A DNA stretch of 64,000 nt from an uncultured Gammaproteobacteria bacterium (GCA_964465205.1 CAYXJO010000004.1:9671-73670); one strand, 5' to 3'. Shown: positions 9,668-18,787, numbered from the stretch's first letter. Notes: generated from the letters alone by a model not told the origin. A program made the numbers and translations.

Positions 9668-10513
9668 ATGTCCGACAAGAACCAGACCCCCGAAAACGGA
9701 ACCGAAACCAACCAGACCCCCGAAATCCCCAAGGACAAGAAGGAGAATCCCATGCCCGAACCGAAGAAGACCCTGCCCCAGAAGTTCGACTACAACACCG
9801 GCCGCGAGCCCAAACATGCCGACGGCAGCAACCACGGCGCGCTGTGGTTCGTCGCCATCGCGGCGCTCGTGCTCGCCATCGGCGGCCTGGCGCTCGGAAG
9901 CGTGAACTACAGCGACATCGGCGGCTTGACGACCCTCATCAAGGGCCACAGCACCGACATCGCCAACTTGGTCAAAGAGAACGACGCCCGCAAAGCCGAG
10001 AACGACGACATGTATCTCAACCACGTCATGCCGGCCGAGGACGCCATCAGCGGCCTCAAGGTTCGCATGAACACCGCCGAAGGCACCATCAACGCCCACG
10101 GCAAGGCCATCACGGACGCCGAGAAGAACATCGTGTGGCTCACCGGCCAGAACAAGAAGGTCAACAAGGCGCTCTCGGAAAATGCCGAAACCGTCAAGAA
10201 TCAGGGCAAGACCATCGGTCAGTACGGCCAGAATTTCGAAAAGGTCAACGGCACGCTCGTCAAGCACGACGACCGCCTCGACTCGCTCGAAAAACGCCCC
10301 ATGACCAACAAGGCCAATCCCTTGTCCACCGGCGGCCCCACGGTCCTGTGGTGCGCGGGCAGCCTGAACAACCGGTTCGGCTGTCTGAACGACAAGCCCG
10401 TCGAGAAAGAGGTCGACGCGATCAAGCTCGCCTGCGGACCCGGCGGCTCGAAGAACGTCGCGAAGTTCGAAAACGGAACTTACGGCGATTTCGCCCCGGT
10501 CAACTGCAACTAG
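9668..10513 (+). CDS. GC-rich membrane-anchored coiled-coil protein with small Cys-containing C-terminal domain
   Basis: SD AAAAGGAG before ATG; third codon positions mostly G/C; one TM helix (LWFVAIAALVLAIGGLAL); heptad-like region. Confidence 0.85.
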   Translation: MSDKNQTPENGTETNQTPEIPKDKKENPMPEPKKTLPQKFDYNTGREPKHADGSNHGALWFVAIAALVLAIGGLALGSVNYSDIGGLTTLIKGHSTDIANLVKENDARKAENDDMYLNHVMPAEDAISGLKVRMNTAEGTINAHGKAITDAEKNIVWLTGQNKKVNKALSENAETVKNQGKTIGQYGQNFEKVNGTLVKHDDRLDSLEKRPMTNKANPLSTGGPTVLWCAGSLNNRFGCLNDKPVEKEVDAIKLACGPGGSKNVAKFENGTYGDFAPVNCN

Positions 10514-10541
10514 GCCACCTCACTACTACACATGCTCTTTC

Positions 10542-10569
10542 GGCGTGGGACCCTCCGGGGTTCCACGCC
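10542..10569 (+). terminator. GC-rich 3' hairpin (weak U-tract)
   Basis: ggcgtgggaccc/gggttccacgcc stem just after the stop codon. Confidence 0.5.
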
Positions 10570-10669
10570 ACTCTTACATTGTTTATGATAGTCCCTTTTT
10601 AGGGACATATCATAGACAGCGTAGGAGTTAAGTCCTTTACATTTTAGAAGTCGTTAAGACCTTTCTGAG

Positions 10670-10724
10670 AGTTCCTGGTACAAAGAGAGGAACTATTTTA
10701 GTTTCTGTCTCTGTACCATGAACT
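10670..10724 (+). repeat. Leader hairpin H2 (ggYacaaag family)
   Basis: agttcctggtacaaagagaggaacta pairs imperfectly with tagtttctgtctctgtaccatgaact. Confidence 0.65.
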
Positions 10725-10777
10725 TATTACCCACGATGTTCGTCACTTTCCTGCCGCAATGGCAAAGGAGGCTCGCA

Positions 10778-11401
10778 ATGAAACACCTATCCCTGTCTTT
10801 GGCGTTTATCGCCGCCCTGCTCATCTTCGGTTCCTTGGCCAACGCCTCGGAAGCCGACAACCCGCCCGTTGGTTGGCAGAACATTCCTCAGCTCCCGGAA
10901 AACAAGGAAGCCTGCAAGCTCGTCCCGGCCCTCACCCTCTTCGGAGGCGGCGGCTATGTGACCGGCGTCGAGAATCGCGGCAAACAACACGGCGAAGGCT
11001 TCGGTCTGGCCGTGGGATCGCTCGCGTTCAGCTTCCGCGCCACCCAGCACTTCATCGTCACTCCGCAACTTGACTTCGGTCTGGGCGGAGCGAAGAATGG
11101 TCGCTGGACCAGCTCGCTTGGCGTTCTGTTCGGAGGCCGTACGTATGGCGACGGGTTTCGTTTGTCCGCCGGGTTTTCCTGGGTGACTTACAACAACCTG
11201 GCCATCAAGGACGGCGGCTGGTGGTTGAACGGCGTGGGATTCCCCGTCAAGATGGACTTTAAACCGTGGGACAACAAGTACCCGGTTTTCTTCTCCATCA
11301 TGGCGACCCCGTTCGTCGGTATCAACCGCGGCAAGCACACCGGCGGCGGCCTGGAATTCCTGGGCGCTGGCATCGGCGGCGACTTGCCCTCGCCATTCTG
11401 A
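10778..11401 (+). CDS. GC-rich secreted protein, outer-membrane beta-barrel-like
   Basis: SD AAAGGAGG; signal peptide MKHLSLSLAFIAALLIFGSLANA; Gly/aromatic alternating strands; C-terminal Phe. Start moved from 10718 to the SD-led ATG. Confidence 0.75.
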   Translation: MKHLSLSLAFIAALLIFGSLANASEADNPPVGWQNIPQLPENKEACKLVPALTLFGGGGYVTGVENRGKQHGEGFGLAVGSLAFSFRATQHFIVTPQLDFGLGGAKNGRWTSSLGVLFGGRTYGDGFRLSAGFSWVTYNNLAIKDGGWWLNGVGFPVKMDFKPWDNKYPVFFSIMATPFVGINRGKHTGGGLEFLGAGIGGDLPSPF

Positions 11402-11422
11402 TCTCAACGACTTCTCAACCCA

Positions 11423-11458
11423 GGTGGGCCGAGCTTCAGCTCGGTCCCACCCATTTTT
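11423..11458 (+). terminator. Intrinsic terminator
   Basis: ggtgggccgagc-ttca-gctcggtcccacc followed by a T-run. Confidence 0.75.
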
Positions 11459-11544
11459 AGTGGTCACAATGATTTGTGAATACTAAAAAAGACATAAATT
11501 TATTTGTGTCTTGAGTTCATTAAAATTCGGATTAGAAAAACAAA

Positions 11545-11595
11545 CACTTGGTACAAAGTTGATTGTCTCTTTGGTAATTAGCTTTGTGCCAAGTG
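11545..11595 (+). repeat. Leader hairpin H3 (ggYacaaag family)
   Basis: cacttggtacaaagttgatt pairs with aattagctttgtgccaagtg via G-U pairs; 3' arm nearly identical to H1. Confidence 0.8.
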
Positions 11596-11681
11596 ATAAA
11601 TTCGGCGAGGTACAAAGCGTAGTGCTTTGTCCGCCGGTGAAAATTGAAAGCGTGTTCTCTACCACAAAGGAGTTTGAAGCC

Positions 11682-13145
11682 ATGAAACACACGATGCTGC
11701 TGGTTCTGATTGCCCTGATCGCGGCCCTGTTCACCATCGGTTGTTCGGCGGCGGGCGAAGACGCCCCCCAGAACATCATCGACGGCGACTCGACCGTGGA
11801 CGGCGACACCAACGAGGCCACCGAGGCCGACGGCGACTCCCAGGCCGAAGACGGGGATACCACGGAAGCGACCGAAGAGGAAAGCGAAAGCGAAACCTCG
11901 GACGGCGACTCGACCGTGGACGGCGACTCGAACGAAGGCGAACAGCCCGAGACCGAAGAAGCCGACACCGACACCACCCCCTACATCTGCCCCGGCACGA
12001 AGTTCGTGACCGGGCCGGCCGTGACCTGGCTGCAGAGCTGGGCCACCGGCGAGGAAAATCCCATCGACGCCGCCGGCACGTCTTGCACGTGTCCGGAAAG
12101 CGGCTGCGGACAGCAGCCCTGCGCGTGGTTGAACCCGCCGCGGAACTCGCGCATCACCACCTCGAACGGCACCTGCACCACCGAAGGCGACGACATCACC
12201 CTGTGCTACTACATGTCGCCGAGCCCGTCTCAGGAAACGTATGCGCCTTTCGTTACCCCCCAGGGTACGAAAGTCTGCACGCATGACGGACTTTACAGCG
12301 GCGCCCACGTCGAAGTCGACGGCGACACCGATACGGTGCTCCCCGACGGCGACTCGAACGAAGGCGAAGAAGAGGTGGACAACACCGAGACCGCCGACGG
12401 GGACATCGTTCCCGACGGGGACTCGGATACCACCGAGGCCGAACAAGAAGCCGACACGGAAGTCCCGGTGAACGAATGCCTGAGCAATGCGAATTGCGAC
12501 GACGGCCAAGCGTGCACCTATGACGAGTGCGTGTTTCTCACTTCGGGCAACCGCTGCGTTCGTTCGAACGAGGCCAACGGATCGCATTGCGACCCTGGCG
12601 TCAGCTTCGACGACGGATACTGCTACGAGGGTTCCTGCCACGGTTTCAACAACTGCGAGTCGAACCTCGACTGCCCCATGATTGACAACTGCAACTCGCA
12701 GCTCTGCATCATGGGCGAGTGTTACCCCAGCGAATCGGCGCCCCGTCCGGGCATTACCTGCGACGACGACAACCCCGATACCTACAGCGACGTTTGCAAC
12801 AGCAACGGCGTCTGCGAGGGAACTCCCAACGGGCAACAGACCGGTTTCGGGACTTGGGCCCTGCTGTTCGGCATGACCAATTGCCCCTCCTGGACGGTCG
12901 GCATCGACCATACCGGCAATGAGTCCGGCCCGAATGCTGAACACCAGGAAGACAGCGTCTGCTATTCCCGCACTGTGGGCGACAATCAAGCCCATTCGAT
13001 CTGGGGCCACATTGACCCCTGGGGTACGCAGCCTCCGGCCGGAATGAAGGTGCTCTGCACCACAAAGTACGGTACCCAATATTGGACCCCATGGGTTCAG
13101 GGTAACGGCGGCTGGTGGTTCGTCTGTTCCAACGACGGCCACTAA
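11682..13145 (+). CDS. GC-rich predicted lipoprotein with acidic DGD repeats and Cys-rich (CDDG..CT) repeats
   Basis: SD AAAGGAG; lipobox ...LFTIG-C; repeated DGD motifs; Dictyostelium-type Cys repeats. Start moved from 11511. Confidence 0.85.
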   Translation: MKHTMLLVLIALIAALFTIGCSAAGEDAPQNIIDGDSTVDGDTNEATEADGDSQAEDGDTTEATEEESESETSDGDSTVDGDSNEGEQPETEEADTDTTPYICPGTKFVTGPAVTWLQSWATGEENPIDAAGTSCTCPESGCGQQPCAWLNPPRNSRITTSNGTCTTEGDDITLCYYMSPSPSQETYAPFVTPQGTKVCTHDGLYSGAHVEVDGDTDTVLPDGDSNEGEEEVDNTETADGDIVPDGDSDTTEAEQEADTEVPVNECLSNANCDDGQACTYDECVFLTSGNRCVRSNEANGSHCDPGVSFDDGYCYEGSCHGFNNCESNLDCPMIDNCNSQLCIMGECYPSESAPRPGITCDDDNPDTYSDVCNSNGVCEGTPNGQQTGFGTWALLFGMTNCPSWTVGIDHTGNESGPNAEHQEDSVCYSRTVGDNQAHSIWGHIDPWGTQPPAGMKVLCTTKYGTQYWTPWVQGNGGWWFVCSNDGH

Positions 13146-13184
13146 ACCACCCCACCCGCACGGCGGGCTAATCCGATCACATAA

Positions 13185-13223
13185 CCTAGGGCGGCAGGCT
13201 TCGGCTTGCCCCCTAGGCCTTTT
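13185..13223 (+). terminator. Intrinsic terminator
   Basis: cctagggcggcaggc-ttcg-gcttgccccctagg followed by tttt. Confidence 0.7.
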
Positions 13224-13493
13224 ACTTGAGATCATTATTCGTAGTGCTCTCAAGAAAAAGTTGTTTACCAACTATAGAAATTTCCTTACCTGCGGGCGCT
13301 TGTCCTTGTGCGTGAGGTTCGGGAGATTTTTGTGGTGGATAGGCAACTATCCAACATGATCCACTGTGTCTCTCTCCCAGTGGATTTTTGTTTCAACGGA
13401 GAGTTGCCCTTTGAAAATTGAGGATTAGAAAAACAACAACACACACGTCCACGTCTCGTTCCCATCTTTGCATGAAGAAAGGAGAAAATTCTC

Positions 13494-16400
13494 ATGCACC
13501 ACACGTCCCTTTCCCAAAAGTTACTTTTTGTGCTCTCGGTCTTGGCATTTCTCGTGATTGCTGGCTGTGGGAGCACCACCGTTACTACTGACGCCAATGA
13601 CGGCGACATGGAAGCGGTGGAATTGGACAATTCCGATGGGGACGAACCCATCAATGACGGCGACATCGAAAAAACGGAAGCCGAAGCCGACCAGGCCGAA
13701 GCGGAAGAAGATTCGACGGAAGCCGACACCGACACCGACGGCGACACGGAAGTTGAAAATTGCCAGAACTGGTACCCGGTTACCCCGCAGGTTGCTTTTT
13801 GCGATCTATTGGAGGAAGACCTCGGCCGCTTGGAGCGGATTTGCTACCAAGAGCAGCCGTCGCGACGCGAATGCTCGACCACCAAGGTCGGCGCGATCGG
13901 TTTCCAGTGCTCTATGGGAGCTACCTTCGTCATTTGCTATGACACGAATGGCGCGCCGGTTACCCCGGTCGTCTGTATCGTGAATGGCGAACGGACGCCG
14001 GCGATGGATAGCATCGCGGACACGGGTTTCCCGGGTTGCGACTATACCGTCATGCCGGTGGACGGCGACGAAGAGGAAGGCGAAAGCGAAGGCGAGACTG
14101 AAGAAGTCGAACCGGCCGACGGCGACACGGAAGTTTTGCCTGACGGCGACACCGAAGAGGTGCTCCCCGATGGCGATACGACCGAACAGCCCGAGGCCGA
14201 AGCTGAGGCGGACAACACCGAAGCCGTCGACGGGGACATTATTCCCGACGGCGACTCGGATATCACCGAGATCGACTCTGACCCCGAGTTGCCCCCGGTT
14301 TGCGAACCGGCGTGCGTGAGCGACGATCCTTGCAAACAGGCGGTGTGCGTCAATGGCACCTGCTTGTACGATTTGCTCACGGGCCTCGCCTGCGACGACG
14401 GCAACGCCTGCACGCGCGTGGATACGTGCTTGCTGGGCGAGTGCATCGGCGGCGACGAAGTCGTGTGTCAGGCCCTGGACCAGTGCCATTTGGTGGGGGA
14501 ATGTAACCCCGCCACCGGCACCTGCACCAGCCCGGCCGCAAACGACGGCACGCCCTGCAACGACGTGAGTCTCTGCACCACCCTCGACACCTGTTTGTCC
14601 GGCGTGTGCGGCGGCGCCGCCGTCGTGTGCAATGATAACAACGGTTGCACGAACGACTCGTGCGACCCGGAGCACGGCTGCGCGTTCGAACCAAATCTCA
14701 ACGCTTGCGACGATCACAACGCTTGCACCACGGGCGACATCTGTTCGAACGGCGGCTGCAGCGGCACGACCATCTCCTGCGACGATCTCAACCCCTGCAC
14801 CGACGACTCGTGCGACGCCGTTCTCGGCTGTCGCCATGTGCCCAACACCGCGTCCTGCGACGATGGCAATTGGTGCACGGTCGGCGACGTGTGCGGAGGC
14901 GGCACCTGCCACTCCGGCGCCACGCGCGACTGTTCAACCTTTGACTCGCAGTGCTCTAAAGGCATCTGCGACGAAGCCAACGATCAGTGCGTCAGCGATC
15001 CGCGTCCCCTCGAAGGGAAGTTGTGCGACGCCGACGCCAACGGCTGCACCAAAGACGATTACTGCCACGCGGGCGACTGCGTGAAGGGTACCGTCGTGGA
15101 CTGCACCGGGCAGAACGACCAGTGCAATACTGGCGTCTGCTATTCGACCGGCAACAATTCGTCCGTCTGCCTCAAGGACCCGACGCCGAAGCAGGGTAAC
15201 ATCTGCGACGACGGGGCCTATTGCACCATGGGGGAAACTTGCAACAACGGGGAGTGCATGAACGGCACCGCCCGCAATTGCACCGTTTTCACCGATCAAT
15301 GCAACGTGGGTACGTGCGACGAAACGCACGACACCTGCGTTCCTGTGGCCGTGGTAAACGGAACGGTCTGCAACGACGACAGCCTCTGCACCCAGAGCGA
15401 CACATGTCAATTTGGGATTTGCAAAGGCGATAACCCCGTCGTGTGTGGAGCACAGGACCAGTGCCATTTCGTGGGCACTTGTAACCCGTCCACCGGGACG
15501 TGTTCGAATCCGGTCAAACCGGACAACACGACCTGCGATGACGGTTCGCTGTGCACCAAGGAAGACAAGTGTACGGCCGGCACCTGCGGAGGCAGCACCG
15601 TTTTGTGCGACGACAACAATGTTTGCACGGACGACGTCTGTTTGCCTAAGGCCGGATGTCTGCACGCCAACAACTTCAACCCCTGCGACGACGGCAACGC
15701 CTGTACGCAGGGCGACATGTGCGGATACGGTCGATGCGAGGGCGAAGCGGTCGTCTGCGATGATGGCAACGTCTGCACGGACGACTATTGCGACATCGCC
15801 GCCGGCTGCAAAGCGGCTTTAAACGCCGCCCCTTGCGACGACAGCAACGCCTGCACCCAGGTTGACACCTGCTTGCTCGGTCAGTGCGTCGGGGGCAACC
15901 CTAAGACGTGCCCGGCCGAAGACGAATGCACCTATGCCGGCATCTGCGAACCGTCGGACGGGTTGTGTCGTGTTCAGTTCAAGCCTGAAGGTCTGCGTTG
16001 CAACGATAACGACAGTTGTACCGTCGGCGAGTACTGCGCTCTCGGTGTGTGCGGCGATGGCATTAGCCCCTGTGGCAGCCAGCACTGTCAGCCGATGAGT
16101 CCGAGCGGATACTACTGCTCGGAGTGTTGGAACGACGGCGATTGTCAGAGTGGATTCGCGTGCCTGCATCACGTTTGCGTCGATACCGCATGCGACGATG
16201 ACAATGCCTGTACGGTCGATACATTCAATCCGGTTATGGGTTGTCGCCACGATCAACGCACCTGCGACGACGGCAACGCCTGCACGTTCGACTTCTGCGA
16301 CACCATCGCCGGCTGCAAAACATTCCCGCTTTCGGGGATCGCGTGTAGCTCGGCCGATCCGAACGTGTGCAATGTGTATAAATGCAGCGCCGGGTCGTGC

Positions 16401-17069
16401 GATTACGATCACATGAAGAATTGCACGGACTACGACCGCACCACGGCCGATTCGTGCAACCCAACCACTGGCGAATGCATATACGACCCCATCCCCACCG
16501 ACGGCGACAGCGACGGCGATACCGAAACTGAAGCCGAGATTGATATAACCGACGGCGACCTCGACACCGAGAACGACACCGAAGAAACGCCGGCGTGCAT
16601 CCCGGCCAACTGCGACGACCAAAACCCCTATACGACGGATATTTGCGAGGCCGGCAACTGCCGCCACGTGGATAATCTCGCGCGGGCCTTTGTAATGCAG
16701 TTGCCGATTAACACCCAGATCACCAACGTGATCTTGTGGCCCACTGCGGGCACCGGCTATATCCATGACTACGTCGTCGCCACCGAATTACCAAAGGTTG
16801 ACACCAACGGCGACAGCGTGGTGGATTCGTACGAACTGGATATCTTGGCCGAGTTCTTGGCCGGACGTATCACGGAGCTGCCCGGTTCCGCCCAGGTGAT
16901 CTACCCGGGGTGGGACGGCGACGGCTTCCCGTGTTCGCCGCCTACGCCTACCGGCATCTGTCTGCTCAGCGACGGCACCACCGTTCAGCTGGTCTGGATG
17001 GCGGGCGGTCGTAACGCCCTTGGATGCCCATGGGACGGAGCGGTCGGATTCCCGATCGTTTGTCACTAA
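13494..17069 (+). CDS. 1191-aa GC-rich predicted lipoprotein with DGD linkers and many tandem Dictyostelium-type (Dicty_CTDC-like) Cys repeats
   Basis: SD AAAGGAG; lipobox ...VIAG-C; many CDDGNxCTxDxC units. Confidence 0.9.
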   Translation: MHHTSLSQKLLFVLSVLAFLVIAGCGSTTVTTDANDGDMEAVELDNSDGDEPINDGDIEKTEAEADQAEAEEDSTEADTDTDGDTEVENCQNWYPVTPQVAFCDLLEEDLGRLERICYQEQPSRRECSTTKVGAIGFQCSMGATFVICYDTNGAPVTPVVCIVNGERTPAMDSIADTGFPGCDYTVMPVDGDEEEGESEGETEEVEPADGDTEVLPDGDTEEVLPDGDTTEQPEAEAEADNTEAVDGDIIPDGDSDITEIDSDPELPPVCEPACVSDDPCKQAVCVNGTCLYDLLTGLACDDGNACTRVDTCLLGECIGGDEVVCQALDQCHLVGECNPATGTCTSPAANDGTPCNDVSLCTTLDTCLSGVCGGAAVVCNDNNGCTNDSCDPEHGCAFEPNLNACDDHNACTTGDICSNGGCSGTTISCDDLNPCTDDSCDAVLGCRHVPNTASCDDGNWCTVGDVCGGGTCHSGATRDCSTFDSQCSKGICDEANDQCVSDPRPLEGKLCDADANGCTKDDYCHAGDCVKGTVVDCTGQNDQCNTGVCYSTGNNSSVCLKDPTPKQGNICDDGAYCTMGETCNNGECMNGTARNCTVFTDQCNVGTCDETHDTCVPVAVVNGTVCNDDSLCTQSDTCQFGICKGDNPVVCGAQDQCHFVGTCNPSTGTCSNPVKPDNTTCDDGSLCTKEDKCTAGTCGGSTVLCDDNNVCTDDVCLPKAGCLHANNFNPCDDGNACTQGDMCGYGRCEGEAVVCDDGNVCTDDYCDIAAGCKAALNAAPCDDSNACTQVDTCLLGQCVGGNPKTCPAEDECTYAGICEPSDGLCRVQFKPEGLRCNDNDSCTVGEYCALGVCGDGISPCGSQHCQPMSPSGYYCSECWNDGDCQSGFACLHHVCVDTACDDDNACTVDTFNPVMGCRHDQRTCDDGNACTFDFCDTIAGCKTFPLSGIACSSADPNVCNVYKCSAGSCDYDHMKNCTDYDRTTADSCNPTTGECIYDPIPTDGDSDGDTETEAEIDITDGDLDTENDTEETPACIPANCDDQNPYTTDICEAGNCRHVDNLARAFVMQLPINTQITNVILWPTAGTGYIHDYVVATELPKVDTNGDSVVDSYELDILAEFLAGRITELPGSAQVIYPGWDGDGFPCSPPTPTGICLLSDGTTVQLVWMAGGRNALGCPWDGAVGFPIVCH

Positions 17070-17097
17070 TCCTCAACGCCCCCTAGGGGGCACAACC

Positions 17098-17250
17098 GGC
17101 TCGGGGGGGGGAGAAATCTCCCCCCGGCCAAATATTTTTCTATCAATCAAATGCTTGAATACAAAAATTATTCAAACATCCGATTGGCAGATTAATTTCC
17201 GCCAAAACAAAAATTCCACCTTTTTCTCTCTCTAGGTGGATTTTTGTTTT
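17098..17250. terminator. Two hairpins ending the island (G/C hairpin at 17098-17129; A/T-flanked hairpin at 17204-17250)
   Basis: gggggag-aaat-ctccccc, and aaaacaaaaattccacct...aggtggatttttgtttt. Confidence 0.55.
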
Positions 17251-17266
17251 CAAAAACAAATAAAAA

Positions 17267-17383
17267 AATAGCCGTATAGATATTGGTTTTCGCCAGCGGC
17301 CATCGCACCCCGCCGTGCGGGGCGTAGCGCCGACAATCCGGCGCAAGTCTGGCCGCCAGAAAACTAATATCTATACGGCTATT
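17267..17383 (+). repeat. Structured intergenic element, copy 1 (REP/MITE-like)
   Basis: 25-bp outer stem enclosing a GC-rich multi-hairpin core; an inverted homologue lies at 18844-18954. Confidence 0.85.
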
Positions 17384-17389
17384 ATAATT

Positions 17390-18787
17390 TTAGGATGTTG
17401 TTTTTGAACTCCAAAAACCCCACATCGTCCAGATCCACCATATCACCGGCGTATGATGCAACATATTATCTGACACACTCAGTGCCAAATACACAAGAAT
17501 CGAAGAGATGAACACAATATTTGTCCAACTACTATTCCACCCGATTTTTAATTGTGTCAAAAATAGCGTCAAGTAAATAGTGACAAATAACAGTAATCCG
17601 ATAATGCCAGTCTCGAACCCTACTTTAAGATAATCATTGTGCGCTTCTGAGGTATTATCCCAAATATTTTTAACCGGTTTATTATCATCCCACACTTTGG
17701 CAAAAGCGCCATACCCATAGCCAATTATAGGGTGCTCGAAATATAGTGGTAATACTTTGTTGGCTACATCGGCGCGCCACTGAATGGAGTCGGCTTCTTG
17801 ATTACGAGTGGTCAAACGCGCGATTAGTGAATTGGACTGCAAATTAATATTGAATTCGTCTGTCAAAAAATTATTTACCGGATAAAACAAAATATAGAAT
17901 ACTCCCACCGACAGAGCCAGCTCTATTAGTAGTTTTGGCCGATAAATAATCCCAAGGATTATTAAAAATATCAGTAATCCTAGCCAGGCAATACGAGTAT
18001 AAGTAAAGGCCACTATGAGTGCCAATAATATCAGCGCTACAATTAATATGTTCTGTTTTTGAACAAAAATTTTGTTCACCCATGAATCGCTGATTTGGAA
18101 AAGTGGGCGATTGTGCAAGTGTACAAGATATCTATCGGCTATGGCCATAAAAATTAGCAAGGCAAAGGTGGCCATGATGTTGGGGTGAGCGAATGTACCA
18201 TAGATTCTGTTGGGCGTACCGTCGATAGTCATACCGGAATGGGTAATAAACTGGAAAATAGCCACGGTGATAGGTACTATGGCCGAAGAGAATAATGCCC
18301 AGTGTAGCCAGTGACCGTATTTATCTTTGTTTTTTTGATACAAAACGAAAGAAATACCAAATAGTGCAAATAAGTCGAGCGCCTTTACTGTTTCTATAAT
18401 AGTAGTGCTTTTATCGTGGCTCCAAACAAAACTAATCAAACACCAGGCGCAAAAACATATCCATAATTTTTTGAGTGGGATTTTATGCCAGTATTCCGAG
18501 TTTTTGAGAAAGAAGTAAGCAGACCACACCAAAAGAATGCCGGCCAGAGCCGCGTTGATGTTGATATGAATATTTTCATAAGAAAAAATCATCACATCTC
18601 GCCATTGATCGATCGCTGGTCGCGCCACGAGTAGTATCAAGACAGTGTATTCTTTGAAGGTGGCGTGCAAAAGCAAGAACAATAATGCCAAAAAGGCCAG
18701 TATATTAATATTGGTGATTGGGTTGAAGATGATAGTGAGGGTGAATAGTACGGCGAGCCAAGCTATCCCCGGCATTTTCATTTGCAT
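17390..18787 (-). CDS. O-antigen ligase/Wzy_C family membrane protein
   Basis: Polytopic; motifs RIYGTFAHPN, TYTR.AW, PIIGYGYG, EAHNDYL. Confidence 0.9.
   Translation of the reverse strand: MQMKMPGIAWLAVLFTLTIIFNPITNINILAFLALLFLLLHATFKEYTVLILLVARPAIDQWRDVMIFSYENIHININAALAGILLVWSAYFFLKNSEYWHKIPLKKLWICFCAWCLISFVWSHDKSTTIIETVKALDLFALFGISFVLYQKNKDKYGHWLHWALFSSAIVPITVAIFQFITHSGMTIDGTPNRIYGTFAHPNIMATFALLIFMAIADRYLVHLHNRPLFQISDSWVNKIFVQKQNILIVALILLALIVAFTYTRIAWLGLLIFLIILGIIYRPKLLIELALSVGVFYILFYPVNNFLTDEFNINLQSNSLIARLTTRNQEADSIQWRADVANKVLPLYFEHPIIGYGYGAFAKVWDDNKPVKNIWDNTSEAHNDYLKVGFETGIIGLLLFVTIYLTLFLTQLKIGWNSSWTNIVFISSILVYLALSVSDNMLHHTPVIWWIWTMWGFWSSKTTS

Noticed and set aside
9514-11595. Integron attC interpretation of the spacer hairpins
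   Set aside because: No RYYYAAC/GTTRRRY ends, the hairpins lie in 5' leaders after terminators rather than at gene ends, and there is no integrase in the window.
11781-16620. CRISPR array or DGR template/variable repeats
   Set aside because: The repeats are in-frame protein repeats with irregular spacing. No cas or reverse transcriptase gene, and I saw no adenine-specific mismatch pair.
9563-17066. Long antisense and alternate-frame ORFs in the GC-rich island (e.g. 11532-13271 -, 13806-14912 -, 15819-16766 -, 9646-10602 +)
   Set aside because: Shadow ORFs caused by GC3 bias and repeats. The chosen frames have SDs, signal peptides and coherent domains.
9570-17130. Prophage or plasmid origin of the island
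   Set aside because: No phage structural, replication, integrase or att features. Misassembly cannot be excluded without reads, but the leader motifs are shared with distant cassettes.
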